Assembly: GCA_040756235.1 (NCBI GenBank) | Contig: JBFLZG010000016.1 | Span: 1-19,769, forward strand | DNA: 19,769 bases | DNA from: a bacterium | GTDB lineage: Bacteria; Desulfobacterota; DSWW01 | Direction: 5' to 3' | In this document: positions 1 through 7,192 of the stretch, one piece after another | Position numbering within the stretch: the stretch's first letter is position 1 | How the letters are laid out: every line of letters starts with the position of its first letter | Position numbers and translations under genes: made by a program | Notes under the pieces: model-generated | What the model was told of the DNA's origin: nothing | Databases searched by the model: none | The model's input: the letters and a program-made list of their open reading frames with translations, nothing else

Positions 1-122
1 CGCCTCCCGGCCATCAACTCATGTGGCAAGGGTACACACAGTTGCACCTCATGTGCGAAGGGTTCGCGCTCAGAGATGACCGCGGATCTTCCCCATGAAG
101 AACTTACGGGTAATGGGCAGGG

Positions 123-1325
123 CTAGCCTCCGAGCGATGGTGAGGAGCGCAAGAGCTCCAGAACCAGATCCCGCCTCGCCTCCAGCCTTCCCGGCGAAAG
201 GCGGTAGCAGGCCGTCTCCCGGAGAAGGCCTGCCATCTCAAGCAGCAGCCTGCCGGGCCGCCCGGGCACCCCTGCTGCGTGGCGTGCCGGGTTGTCGGTG
301 CACTGTTTCAAGTCTCCGAGGAGCCGGAAGGCTGCCTCATGCACGGACAGCCGGGTGAGGTGCGGCGCCTGGGAGAAATCGGGCCGCACTTCGTCGTCCC
401 GGAAAACGTTCCAGATCGCTTCTCTATGTTCGCAAAGAAACTCCCGCAGCCTTCCCGAAAGGCCCCTCCCGGAGGGGTAGCGTATGCGCCAGCCGGAAGC
501 CGTCCCTTGTCCGAGCGGCTCTGCCTGAATATCGGACTCGATCGCCGCGAGCCCCCGGAAGAACGGCTCCTCGGAACCCTCTTTCAGGCCGATCTCCAAT
601 GTGCAGACCGTCCGGTCTTCCTCGCCCGGTGCCAGGTAGAAGAGGTGGGTCGCCTCGAGAGGCCGGCTGCCAACCCGGCCGCTCAGGCGATCGGCCGCAC
701 TCAGGGCCTTGCCGCTCCGGGGGAACGGGTGAAGCCGCTCCGCCGGCCGGCAGACGGCGTCCGTCCTCACTGCCGGCCCGGCCTCTCCATCCTTAAGGCG
801 CACCCAGGCGCTACGGGGAAAGGGGTGCACGAGCCGCGTCTTCCGATGCACGGGGCAGACGTCGTCTGAAAAGAAGGAGAGGCCCTTCTCGAGTAGGGAA
901 AGAGCGAGGGTCGTCTTGCCCGCCCCCGGCGGCCCGGCCAGGATCACGGCGCCTTGCTCCCTTGCGACCACAGCTGCATGAAGGAGCACGAACTCGCCGC
1001 AGCTTTCGAACAGTCGGCTCAGCAGCAGGTGGCAGGCACAGGAGGCCGGGTTGGGGTGCCCCTCGAGGGAGGCCTTTTCCCCGTTGATGTCGAGGTACGG
1101 CGCGCGGGTGTTTCCCTCGAGCCGCAGACGGCAATCGAGCCGCGCGCCGCCAGTGCCCGCATGGCGGCGCGGGACCCGGAACCAGGCATAGTCCCTGTCA
1201 AAAAGGCGCAGGAGCTCGGCGGAGTCGGTCTCGATGGAGACGGCAGTGTTCAGAATCTGATAACAGGAGCGGAGCGGTCCGTTCGGCCGGGGCTCTGGAC
1301 GGTTCTCTTGAACAGCGCGCTCCAT
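123..1325 (-). CDS. HprK-related (HPr kinase-like) P-loop kinase, putative RiPP tailoring kinase
   Basis: Contains 'VLLHAAVV...AVILAGPPGAGKTT...FFSDD' (His, Walker A, Asp-Asp), the signature of HprK-like kinases. ATG at 1325 lies 9 nt after GGAGG; the ORF track starts 2 codons earlier at GTG 1331. Same strand as, and downstream of, the radical SAM gene. Confidence 0.8.
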   Translation of the reverse strand: MERAVQENRPEPRPNGPLRSCYQILNTAVSIETDSAELLRLFDRDYAWFRVPRRHAGTGGARLDCRLRLEGNTRAPYLDINGEKASLEGHPNPASCACHLLLSRLFESCGEFVLLHAAVVAREQGAVILAGPPGAGKTTLALSLLEKGLSFFSDDVCPVHRKTRLVHPFPRSAWVRLKDGEAGPAVRTDAVCRPAERLHPFPRSGKALSAADRLSGRVGSRPLEATHLFYLAPGEEDRTVCTLEIGLKEGSEEPFFRGLAAIESDIQAEPLGQGTASGWRIRYPSGRGLSGRLREFLCEHREAIWNVFRDDEVRPDFSQAPHLTRLSVHEAAFRLLGDLKQCTDNPARHAAGVPGRPGRLLLEMAGLLRETACYRLSPGRLEARRDLVLELLRSSPSLGG

Positions 1326-1347
1326 CTGCACGGCCCTCCGGCCACGT

Positions 1348-1585
1348 TCAAAGCGAAGCGTTCCGCCGCTCGGCCCTTGCCCGCCGCTTCCAGAAGAGGA
1401 CCGCAGCCAGCTGGAACCCCAGCATCATGACGGCGCCCGGCCACTCCGCCGCCTCAGTCCGCCGTCCGCGAACGCGTGCAGCAAGGTCACCTGGCAGAGC
1501 CCTGAAGGGGGGACAGGACCCCCGCTGCCAGGCACGCAGCCACGACCAGACAGCCCAATGGCTTCACGCCGGTCTTCTTGCTCAT
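1348..1585 (-). pseudogene. Frameshifted small exported/membrane protein (signal peptide plus C-terminal TM and basic tail)
   Basis: ATG at 1585 after a GGGGAG run gives MSKKTGVKPLGCLVVAACLAAGVLSPLQGSAR* (signal-peptide-like). The +1 frame ends ...EAAEWPGAVMMLGFQLAAVLFWKRRARAERRNASL* (stop 1348-1350). Removing one base in the G6 run at 1507-1512 gives a continuous 78-aa ORF. Confidence 0.4.
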
Positions 1586-1648
1586 CGCGCTCCCCCCTCT
1601 CGTCCCCGCGTACGGTTGACGCCGCGTGTGCGGCCGGCTGCAGACCGG

Positions 1649-3013
1649 TCACGCCCTTGCCGCTTCGCGCTCGAGAATCCTGTCAAAGGCCCTGGCGTAC
1701 GCCTTCTTGCGGTATTCGCAGAAAGGATCGGTGTCCCAGACGGATCCGGTGTTGTCCAGGGCCTGGCCCATGCACCCGGCCTGACAGAAGTTACGCCAGG
1801 CGCATGCCCGGCACTTCGGGATCCTCGATCTGCGTTCGTTGAGGATGCTGCACGCTTCGGCCATCCTTTCCGAGCGGATCAGGTCGGCAAGACCGGCCTC
1901 ATGCACGCTGCCGAGCCGGAACGAGTCCTGCATGAGAAGCACGCAGGGGAAGACATTGCCCTCGACGTCCACCACCGCCTGGCGTCCCACGGAGCACCAG
2001 ATCCCGTCCGCCCGAAACGGCTCGGGGATGTCCAGCAACAACCCGCTCAGCCCGCAACTCACCTCCAGTGAAAGGCTCTTGCTCCTTTGCAGGCCGGAGA
2101 CGCGCTCGTAGAACGTCTCATGATCCTGGATCGATACGGGCGCGCCGATACCGTCCCAGAGATCTGCGGCCCGGCCTCGCCTGGACAAGGGCAGGAAACG
2201 CACCAGCGGCACTCCCAGCGCCTCAGCCAGAGAAAGGATTGCCTCGAGGTGGCGGGCGTTGTGCTTCGTGATCGTGGCGCAAAGGACGATGTTCGCGGCG
2301 AGCCCGGCCTGCTGGAGGAGAGTGACGCCCCGGAGGGCTTTGCGGTACGCGCCGTTGCCCCGCATCCGGTCGTGAATCTCCGGCGTTGCGCCGTCCAGGC
2401 TGATCTGGACCTGAACGTTCAGGTCGGCAAGGAAGCCGGCCCAGTCCCTGTCCAGGAGTGTGCCGTTGGTGAGCAGTCGCACCTGCAGCTTCGAGGCTGC
2501 GTGCTTCAGAATCCTGCGGATCTCCGGATGGAGGAGCGCTTCCCCACCGCTCAGGGCCACGCCTCGTCCGCCGTTCCGCGCGACTTCATCGATCAGCCGA
2601 CAGACCAGCTCAAACCCGAGATCCGGGGGACGCCCGGGATGAGGGCAGTAGCAGTGAAGGCAGGAAAGGTTGCAGCGGCTCGTGACGTGCAGAAAGGCCG
2701 TGTCCAGGGAAGGTCTTCTGCAGGGCCGTGCAAGCTCTCGGGTTTCGAGAAAACCCTCTCGGGCCAGGCGTACGGCAACCTGCTGCACATCCCGTCGCGC
2801 CGCCTCCGACGGAATCCCGTATGTGGCAGAAAGGTTGCCGGCGGCGTCCCCCAGGGACATGCCCCTGTCAAGGGAGCGGGCGATCTCGAGAGCCGTCCGG
2901 TTGGCGAAGACCCAACGAGGTTTTGCGCTGTGGAGGAGCACGAAACCGTCGGGGCAGCTGGCTGGAGGGTGACTCGGAGGGTAGGTGAAGAAGGTGCATG
3001 CGCCCTCGACCAT
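1649..3013 (-). CDS. Radical SAM/SPASM peptide maturase with N-terminal PqqD/RRE domain
   Basis: CxxxCxxC (CNLSCLHC), GGE motif, and a SPASM pattern (CSVG...VDVEGNVFPC...LGSV...CRACAWRNFCQAGC...DPFC). The N-terminal ~90 aa (GFVLL...NRTALEIARSLDRGMSLGDAAGNLSATYGIPSEAARRDVQQVAVRLAREGFLE) is PqqD-like. ATG at 3013 has GGAG 8 nt upstream; the ORF track starts at TTG 3034. Confidence 0.92.
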   Translation of the reverse strand: MVEGACTFFTYPPSHPPASCPDGFVLLHSAKPRWVFANRTALEIARSLDRGMSLGDAAGNLSATYGIPSEAARRDVQQVAVRLAREGFLETRELARPCRRPSLDTAFLHVTSRCNLSCLHCYCPHPGRPPDLGFELVCRLIDEVARNGGRGVALSGGEALLHPEIRRILKHAASKLQVRLLTNGTLLDRDWAGFLADLNVQVQISLDGATPEIHDRMRGNGAYRKALRGVTLLQQAGLAANIVLCATITKHNARHLEAILSLAEALGVPLVRFLPLSRRGRAADLWDGIGAPVSIQDHETFYERVSGLQRSKSLSLEVSCGLSGLLLDIPEPFRADGIWCSVGRQAVVDVEGNVFPCVLLMQDSFRLGSVHEAGLADLIRSERMAEACSILNERRSRIPKCRACAWRNFCQAGCMGQALDNTGSVWDTDPFCEYRKKAYARAFDRILEREAARA

Positions 3014-3096
3014 GAAGCCTTCTCCGCAAGTCAACCGGGCGTTTTGCAGGAGCGTTCACATCAGGAAGGCTCCGGAGTCCCCAACCTCGACTTCAA

Positions 3097-3117
3097 GAAA
3101 GCCGCTGGAGCAGCTTC
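3097..3117 (-). other. Stem-loop between precursor and maturase genes (possible attenuator/mRNA stabiliser)
   Basis: Minus strand GAAGCUGC-UCCA-GCGGCUUUC followed by only a short U-rich stretch. Confidence 0.3.
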
Positions 3118-3185
3118 GGCCACCCGTGACCGCAGAGCGACAAATGGGTCGGAAGCGCCGATCGATCCGAAGCCCGCCGCATCCG

Positions 3186-3350
3186 TCATTGGATGACGCA
3201 GGGGCCCGGGCTGCAGGCCTGGGCCGGACCGATCTGCTCGAGGATCTCCTCGCTCGTGTAGGTCACGATCTTGGGAGGTTTGTACTCGGGCAGATGAGGG
3301 CTGGCCTCTTCCTGGTCACTGCTCTTGTTTGGGGGCGTCTTCTCGACCAT
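3186..3350 (-). CDS. Putative RiPP precursor peptide, 54 aa: MVEKTPPNKSSDQEEASPHLPEYKPPKIVTYTSEEILEQIGPAQACSPGPCVIQ
   Basis: Translated by hand. AGGAG RBS (3359-3363) lies 8 nt before the ATG. It is the first gene after the promoter and directly upstream of the RRE-radical SAM gene. It has a YxxPx(I/L) leader motif and a C-terminal core with two Cys. Confidence 0.8.
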   Translation of the reverse strand: MVEKTPPNKSSDQEEASPHLPEYKPPKIVTYTSEEILEQIGPAQACSPGPCVIQ

Positions 3351-3411
3351 CCGGGTTTCTCCTTTTGTGCGAAACCGGCTCCTTGTCGATTCGACTTGAA
3401 AATTTAAGGGG

Positions 3412-3441
3412 CTTTTATCAAAACTTAAAGTTACATGTCAA
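3412..3441 (-). promoter_or_regulatory. Sigma70-type promoter of the precursor/radical SAM operon
   Basis: Perfect TTGACA (3441-3436), 18-nt spacer ending TG-n, and TAAAAG (3417-3412), in an AT-rich intergenic island. The inverted repeat AAGTT-ACATGTC-AACTT (3428-3444) overlaps the -35. Confidence 0.55.
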
Positions 3442-3525
3442 CTTATTACGGATCGGTAAGGAAAAAATGGTTGGAAACGCCCTTGAGAACCTGCATGGGA
3501 TGGGGAAGAAAACGGTGGGAGGGAC

Positions 3526-5394
3526 TTAGAATCCGTCCACTTTTGGGAATTCCTGACGGATGGAGCCCTGAAGGCTCAACGGCAGGGTGAACCAGAAGGT
3601 GCTTCCCCGGCCCGGCTGGCTGTCGACGCCGATCTCGCCGCCGTGAGCCTCCACGACTTCGCGGCAGATCGAGAGGCCGAGCCCTGCGCCCCGGGCGGGC
3701 GCCCCCGGCACACGGAAGAATCTGTCGAAAACCCGCGCCTGGAACTCCGGCAGGATGCCTTCTCCGGTGTCGCTGACCTCGAATCGCACCTGCCCCTCCT
3801 GCCAAAACCCGCGCATCTCGACCCTTCCCCCGGAGGGCGTGTGCCGGATCGCGTTGGTGACGAGGTTGGCCAGAACCAGGGAGATGCGTTCCGGATCCAC
3901 GTTCACTTCTTCGTCCGCGGAGCTCCCGGGCACCATTTCGAGGCTCACTCCTCGCTCTTCCGCCTGCGAACGATGGAGGTGGAGGGCGGCTTCCAGGAGG
4001 GAGCGCACGGAGACGGGCCGGCGCTTCATCTCCACCTGTCCCGACTGGATGCGCGACAGGTCGAGCAGGTCGGCCACCATCGTCTCCAGACGCTGGCAAT
4101 CTTCGCGGGCGGCGTAGAGCAGGTCGCACTGCTTCTCGTTGAGCTCTCCGAGGCTCCCCTCCAGACAGAGATGAATGGCCATGTGGAGCGAAGTCAGCGG
4201 GGTCCGGATCTCGTGCGCCACGGTCGAGACCAGATCGGTCTTGAGCTCATCGAAGCGCCGCAGGCGCGTCACGTCCTGGAGCAACACCGTGGCTCCGGTG
4301 ATGCCTTCTTCTCCCCGCAGGGGGTGGGCGCGCGGCAGGAACCAGCGATCGGCTCCGCCGGAAGAAACACGGACGGCTTCGTCGAAGCTCTTGGGCACCC
4401 AGGGCCCTCTGCCGCCCAATACGTGGGCCCGCACCCGGGCGATCGCCTCGCGCAGCTCGGGGGCAGCCTCGGCCAGGGGATCCCGGGCAGTGGCCGTGAA
4501 GGTCAGGCCCAGCACGCTTTCGCTGGCGGCGTTGACGTTGATCAGGTTCCCCTCCACGTCGAAGACCACGACCGGGTCCGGGAGACTGTCAATGGCCGCC
4601 TGAGTGACCTGCTGGGCCTGCAGCAGCTCTCCCAGAGAGCTGCTGCGATACTCCTCCAGGTGGTCCGCCATGCGGTTGAAGTCCTTGGCCAGCAAAGCGA
4701 TCTCATCCTCGCCCTGCACGATCGCCCGCGCTTCGAGGTCGCCTCCGCCGAGGCGGCGCACGGCCTGGGCCAGGACGGAGAGCGGGCGCAGCAGGCGGCG
4801 CGTCAGCCACACGGAGAGGAGCAGGCCCGCCATGGCCGCAAGGATCGCGGAGAAGACCATGGAGGTGGTCAGGCGCGCGGCCAAGCGCCGAACCTGATCG
4901 CTCTTGCGCACCATGGCATCCTGGTTCATGGCCAGGATCTTGTCGGCGCCTTCCTTGACGGCCAGAAACTCCGGATAGAGCTTCTCGTAATAGGCAGCAG
5001 CGGCGGACGGATCGTCCAGAGCTGCGAAAGCGTCATAGGACTCCTGATACTCGTTCCAGAGGCGACGGAGGCGGCCGGCGGCCTCGCCTTCTCCGGGCTC
5101 CGTGAGGTTGCCCTCCTCGATCTCGAGCTCCGCCTCGAAGATCCGGCGATACTGGGAGGCAAGCGGGTTCCCCTGCTCCCACCGGCCCGACAGCTTGAAC
5201 AGCGCAGCCGAATCCATCCGTTCGATGGCTTCCTTCATGCGCTGCGCGGCCAGCACGCTGCGATAGTTGTCCCGCAGGATGGTCTGGGAGTGTCCGGCCA
5301 GCCGGTCGACGGTCGAGATGGCCAGAAAACCCACCAGTGCGAGGGCGATGAGCATGGGGAGCTGGGCTGCCAGCAGCTTGGTGCGAAGGCTCAT
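3526..5394 (-). CDS. Membrane sensor histidine kinase (TM, four-helix periplasmic sensor, TM, HAMP, PAS, HisKA, HATPase), KinB-like partner of split KdpD
   Basis: Real start is MSLRTKLL at 5394 (ATGA overlap with the kdpD stop). Two hydrophobic segments, HAMP (GDLEAR...DEIALLAKDFNRM), H-box HEIRTPLT, N-box NLVTNAIRH, DTGEG and GAGLGL. Confidence 0.92.
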   Translation of the reverse strand: MSLRTKLLAAQLPMLIALALVGFLAISTVDRLAGHSQTILRDNYRSVLAAQRMKEAIERMDSAALFKLSGRWEQGNPLASQYRRIFEAELEIEEGNLTEPGEGEAAGRLRRLWNEYQESYDAFAALDDPSAAAAYYEKLYPEFLAVKEGADKILAMNQDAMVRKSDQVRRLAARLTTSMVFSAILAAMAGLLLSVWLTRRLLRPLSVLAQAVRRLGGGDLEARAIVQGEDEIALLAKDFNRMADHLEEYRSSSLGELLQAQQVTQAAIDSLPDPVVVFDVEGNLINVNAASESVLGLTFTATARDPLAEAAPELREAIARVRAHVLGGRGPWVPKSFDEAVRVSSGGADRWFLPRAHPLRGEEGITGATVLLQDVTRLRRFDELKTDLVSTVAHEIRTPLTSLHMAIHLCLEGSLGELNEKQCDLLYAAREDCQRLETMVADLLDLSRIQSGQVEMKRRPVSVRSLLEAALHLHRSQAEERGVSLEMVPGSSADEEVNVDPERISLVLANLVTNAIRHTPSGGRVEMRGFWQEGQVRFEVSDTGEGILPEFQARVFDRFFRVPGAPARGAGLGLSICREVVEAHGGEIGVDSQPGRGSTFWFTLPLSLQGSIRQEFPKVDGF

Positions 5395-6545
5395 GCCGGC
5401 TCCCTCTCTTCGTCGAAGGAGACGATGTGAACATCGAAGCCGTCGGCCTCGTTGATCAGGCGGTGGACCGGCGATCGTCCGAGGGCCTGCTTCCACCAGG
5501 GCTGGTGAGAGCGGCCCACGATGATGTGGCCGATGCCGTGAGAGCGGGCGAAATCCAGGAGCGCGGGCACGGGATCCTGGGCTTTGAGCTGCACGACCTC
5601 TGCGCCAAGCTCGCGGGCCATCTCCATGGTCTCGCCCAGGAGGCGCTGGGCCTCGGCATCGATTCGATGCGGCTCTTCCCGGGGCGTTTCCACGTGAACG
5701 AGAAACCAGTGGGTGTTGAGCCGGCCGGCCAGCCGGGAGCCGCGCCTGAGCAACATCTTGGCCCTCGGGGAATGAGAGGCGGCGCAGACCATCACACGCC
5801 CGCCCGAGATGGCGGAGGGTGCGGTGCGCCGCTCCTGAATGCGCCCCGCTGCGTTGCGCTCCAGGCTCTCGGCCACCTCCCGCAGCGCAAGCTCGCGCAA
5901 GGTCGACAGGTTGTCGCTGCGGAAAAAATGCTCCAGGGCCCAGGGAATTTTTTCGAGAGCGTAGATCTTGCCGGACCGCAGCCGATCCAGCAGATCCTCC
6001 ACGGCCAGATCCAGCACGACGATCTGATCCGCCTGCTTGAGGAAAGTGTCGGGCACGGTCTCGCGCACGGTGACGCCGGTGGCCTTGAGGACCATGTCGT
6101 TCAAGCTTTCCAGGTGCTGGATGTTGAAAGCGCAAATGACATTGATGCCGGTCTCGATGATCTCCAGGATGTCCTGGTAACGTCGGCGGTTCTTCGACCC
6201 CGGGGCGTTGGTGTGCGCTACCTCGTCTACGATGGCGACCTGGGGCTTGCGCGCCAGCACCGCATCCAGGTCCATCTCTTCCGCAGTCAAGCCGCGATAG
6301 GCAATCTGCCGGCGAGCGATGACTTCCAAGCCGGGAATGAGTTGCGCCACATCGGCGCGGCCGTGCGTCTCGATGTAGCCCAGCACCACGTCCACGCCGC
6401 GCGCCTGAAGCTGGTGGGCCTCCCTCAGCATCTGGTAGGTCTTGCCCACGCCGGCGGCATAGCCCAGGTAGATCTTGAGCCTGCCCAACCGTGTCCGCTC
6501 GACCAGCTCGAGGAAGTCTTGAGGTCGAGAGCGTGGGATCGCCAT
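5391..6545 (-). CDS. kdpD: KdpD N-terminal sensor domain plus Usp domain (soluble, lacks TM and kinase domains)
   Basis: GRLKIYLGYAAGVGKTYQML, IETHGR, VDEVAHTN, NIQHLESLND, VRETVPD and LRELALRE motifs, then a Usp domain. Start MAIPRS at 6545 after AAGGA. Confidence 0.92.
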   Translation of the reverse strand: MAIPRSRPQDFLELVERTRLGRLKIYLGYAAGVGKTYQMLREAHQLQARGVDVVLGYIETHGRADVAQLIPGLEVIARRQIAYRGLTAEEMDLDAVLARKPQVAIVDEVAHTNAPGSKNRRRYQDILEIIETGINVICAFNIQHLESLNDMVLKATGVTVRETVPDTFLKQADQIVVLDLAVEDLLDRLRSGKIYALEKIPWALEHFFRSDNLSTLRELALREVAESLERNAAGRIQERRTAPSAISGGRVMVCAASHSPRAKMLLRRGSRLAGRLNTHWFLVHVETPREEPHRIDAEAQRLLGETMEMARELGAEVVQLKAQDPVPALLDFARSHGIGHIIVGRSHQPWWKQALGRSPVHRLINEADGFDVHIVSFDEEREPA

Positions 6546-6580
6546 GGCGTCCTTCCGTGGGCCTGGTGCGGGCACAGTTG

Positions 6581-7168
6581 TTACCGATACGGCTTTCCGA
6601 AGTGCCGGTCAAGAGCCAGATTGAGCTCGAGCACGTTGACCCGCGGCTCTCCGAGCAGCCCCAGGTCGCGGCCCTCGATCCGGTCCAGGACGACCTGCCG
6701 CACTCTCTCCGGGGGGAGATGGCGGGCGCGGGCCACCCGCGGGACCTGCCACAGGGCCGCAGCCGGCGAGAGGTGCGGATCGAGACCGCTTGCCGATGCC
6801 ATGACGAGCTCGGCCGGCACCGGCCCCGGGGCATCCGGGTTCTCGCGGCGCAGGCGCTGTGCATCCTGGGCCATGCGGTTCCGGAGCTTCTGCGAGGTAG
6901 GTCCCAGGTTGGAGCCGCCCGAGGCCGTTCCGTCATACCCCTGGCCGGCCGCGGATGGGCGAGGGTGGAAATAGGAGGGCTGGGCAAATGCCTGACCGAT
7001 GAGGCCGGACCCTACAAGCTCCCCCTCTTCGTTTCTGAGCAGGCTCCCGTTCGCCTGGCTGGGGAAAATCACCTGGGCCAGTCCGGTCACGACGACCGGG
7101 TAGAGCAGCCCGGTGAGGACCAGGGTCACGAGCGTGATCCGGAGTGCAATGACCGCTTGTTTCAGCAT
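6581..7168 (-). CDS. kdpC: K+-transporting ATPase subunit C
   Basis: N-terminal TM, QANGSL, LIGQAF...YFHPRPSA, SGGSNLGP, SASGLDPHLS, EPRVNVLELNLALD. Confidence 0.97.
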   Translation of the reverse strand: MLKQAVIALRITLVTLVLTGLLYPVVVTGLAQVIFPSQANGSLLRNEEGELVGSGLIGQAFAQPSYFHPRPSAAGQGYDGTASGGSNLGPTSQKLRNRMAQDAQRLRRENPDAPGPVPAELVMASASGLDPHLSPAAALWQVPRVARARHLPPERVRQVVLDRIEGRDLGLLGEPRVNVLELNLALDRHFGKPYR

Positions 7169-7192
7169 GGTTCGATCTCCCGTGTGGCCTGC

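Noticed and set aside
14..52. 12-aa Cys-rich ORF MRCNCVYPCHMS (minus strand)
   Set aside because: No RBS or leader; probably chance.
100..126. Possible IS terminal repeat next to CTAG
   Set aside because: No partner repeat or transposase in the window; it cannot be supported.
1425..1652. 75-aa ORF with a GTGA overlap on the rSAM stop, as a second precursor
   Set aside because: No leader motif shared with the 54-aa peptide and shadow-like composition; the other frames explain the region better. Not fully excluded.
3060..3188. Selenocysteine read-through of the precursor's TGA
   Set aside because: The read-through sequence is not peptide-like and I see no convincing SECIS at the expected distance.
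5395..6987. N-terminal half of the 1153-aa ORF (apparent giant kinase)
   Set aside because: It overlaps kdpD and kdpC out of frame with Arg/Gly/Pro-rich shadow composition; the real kinase starts at 5394.
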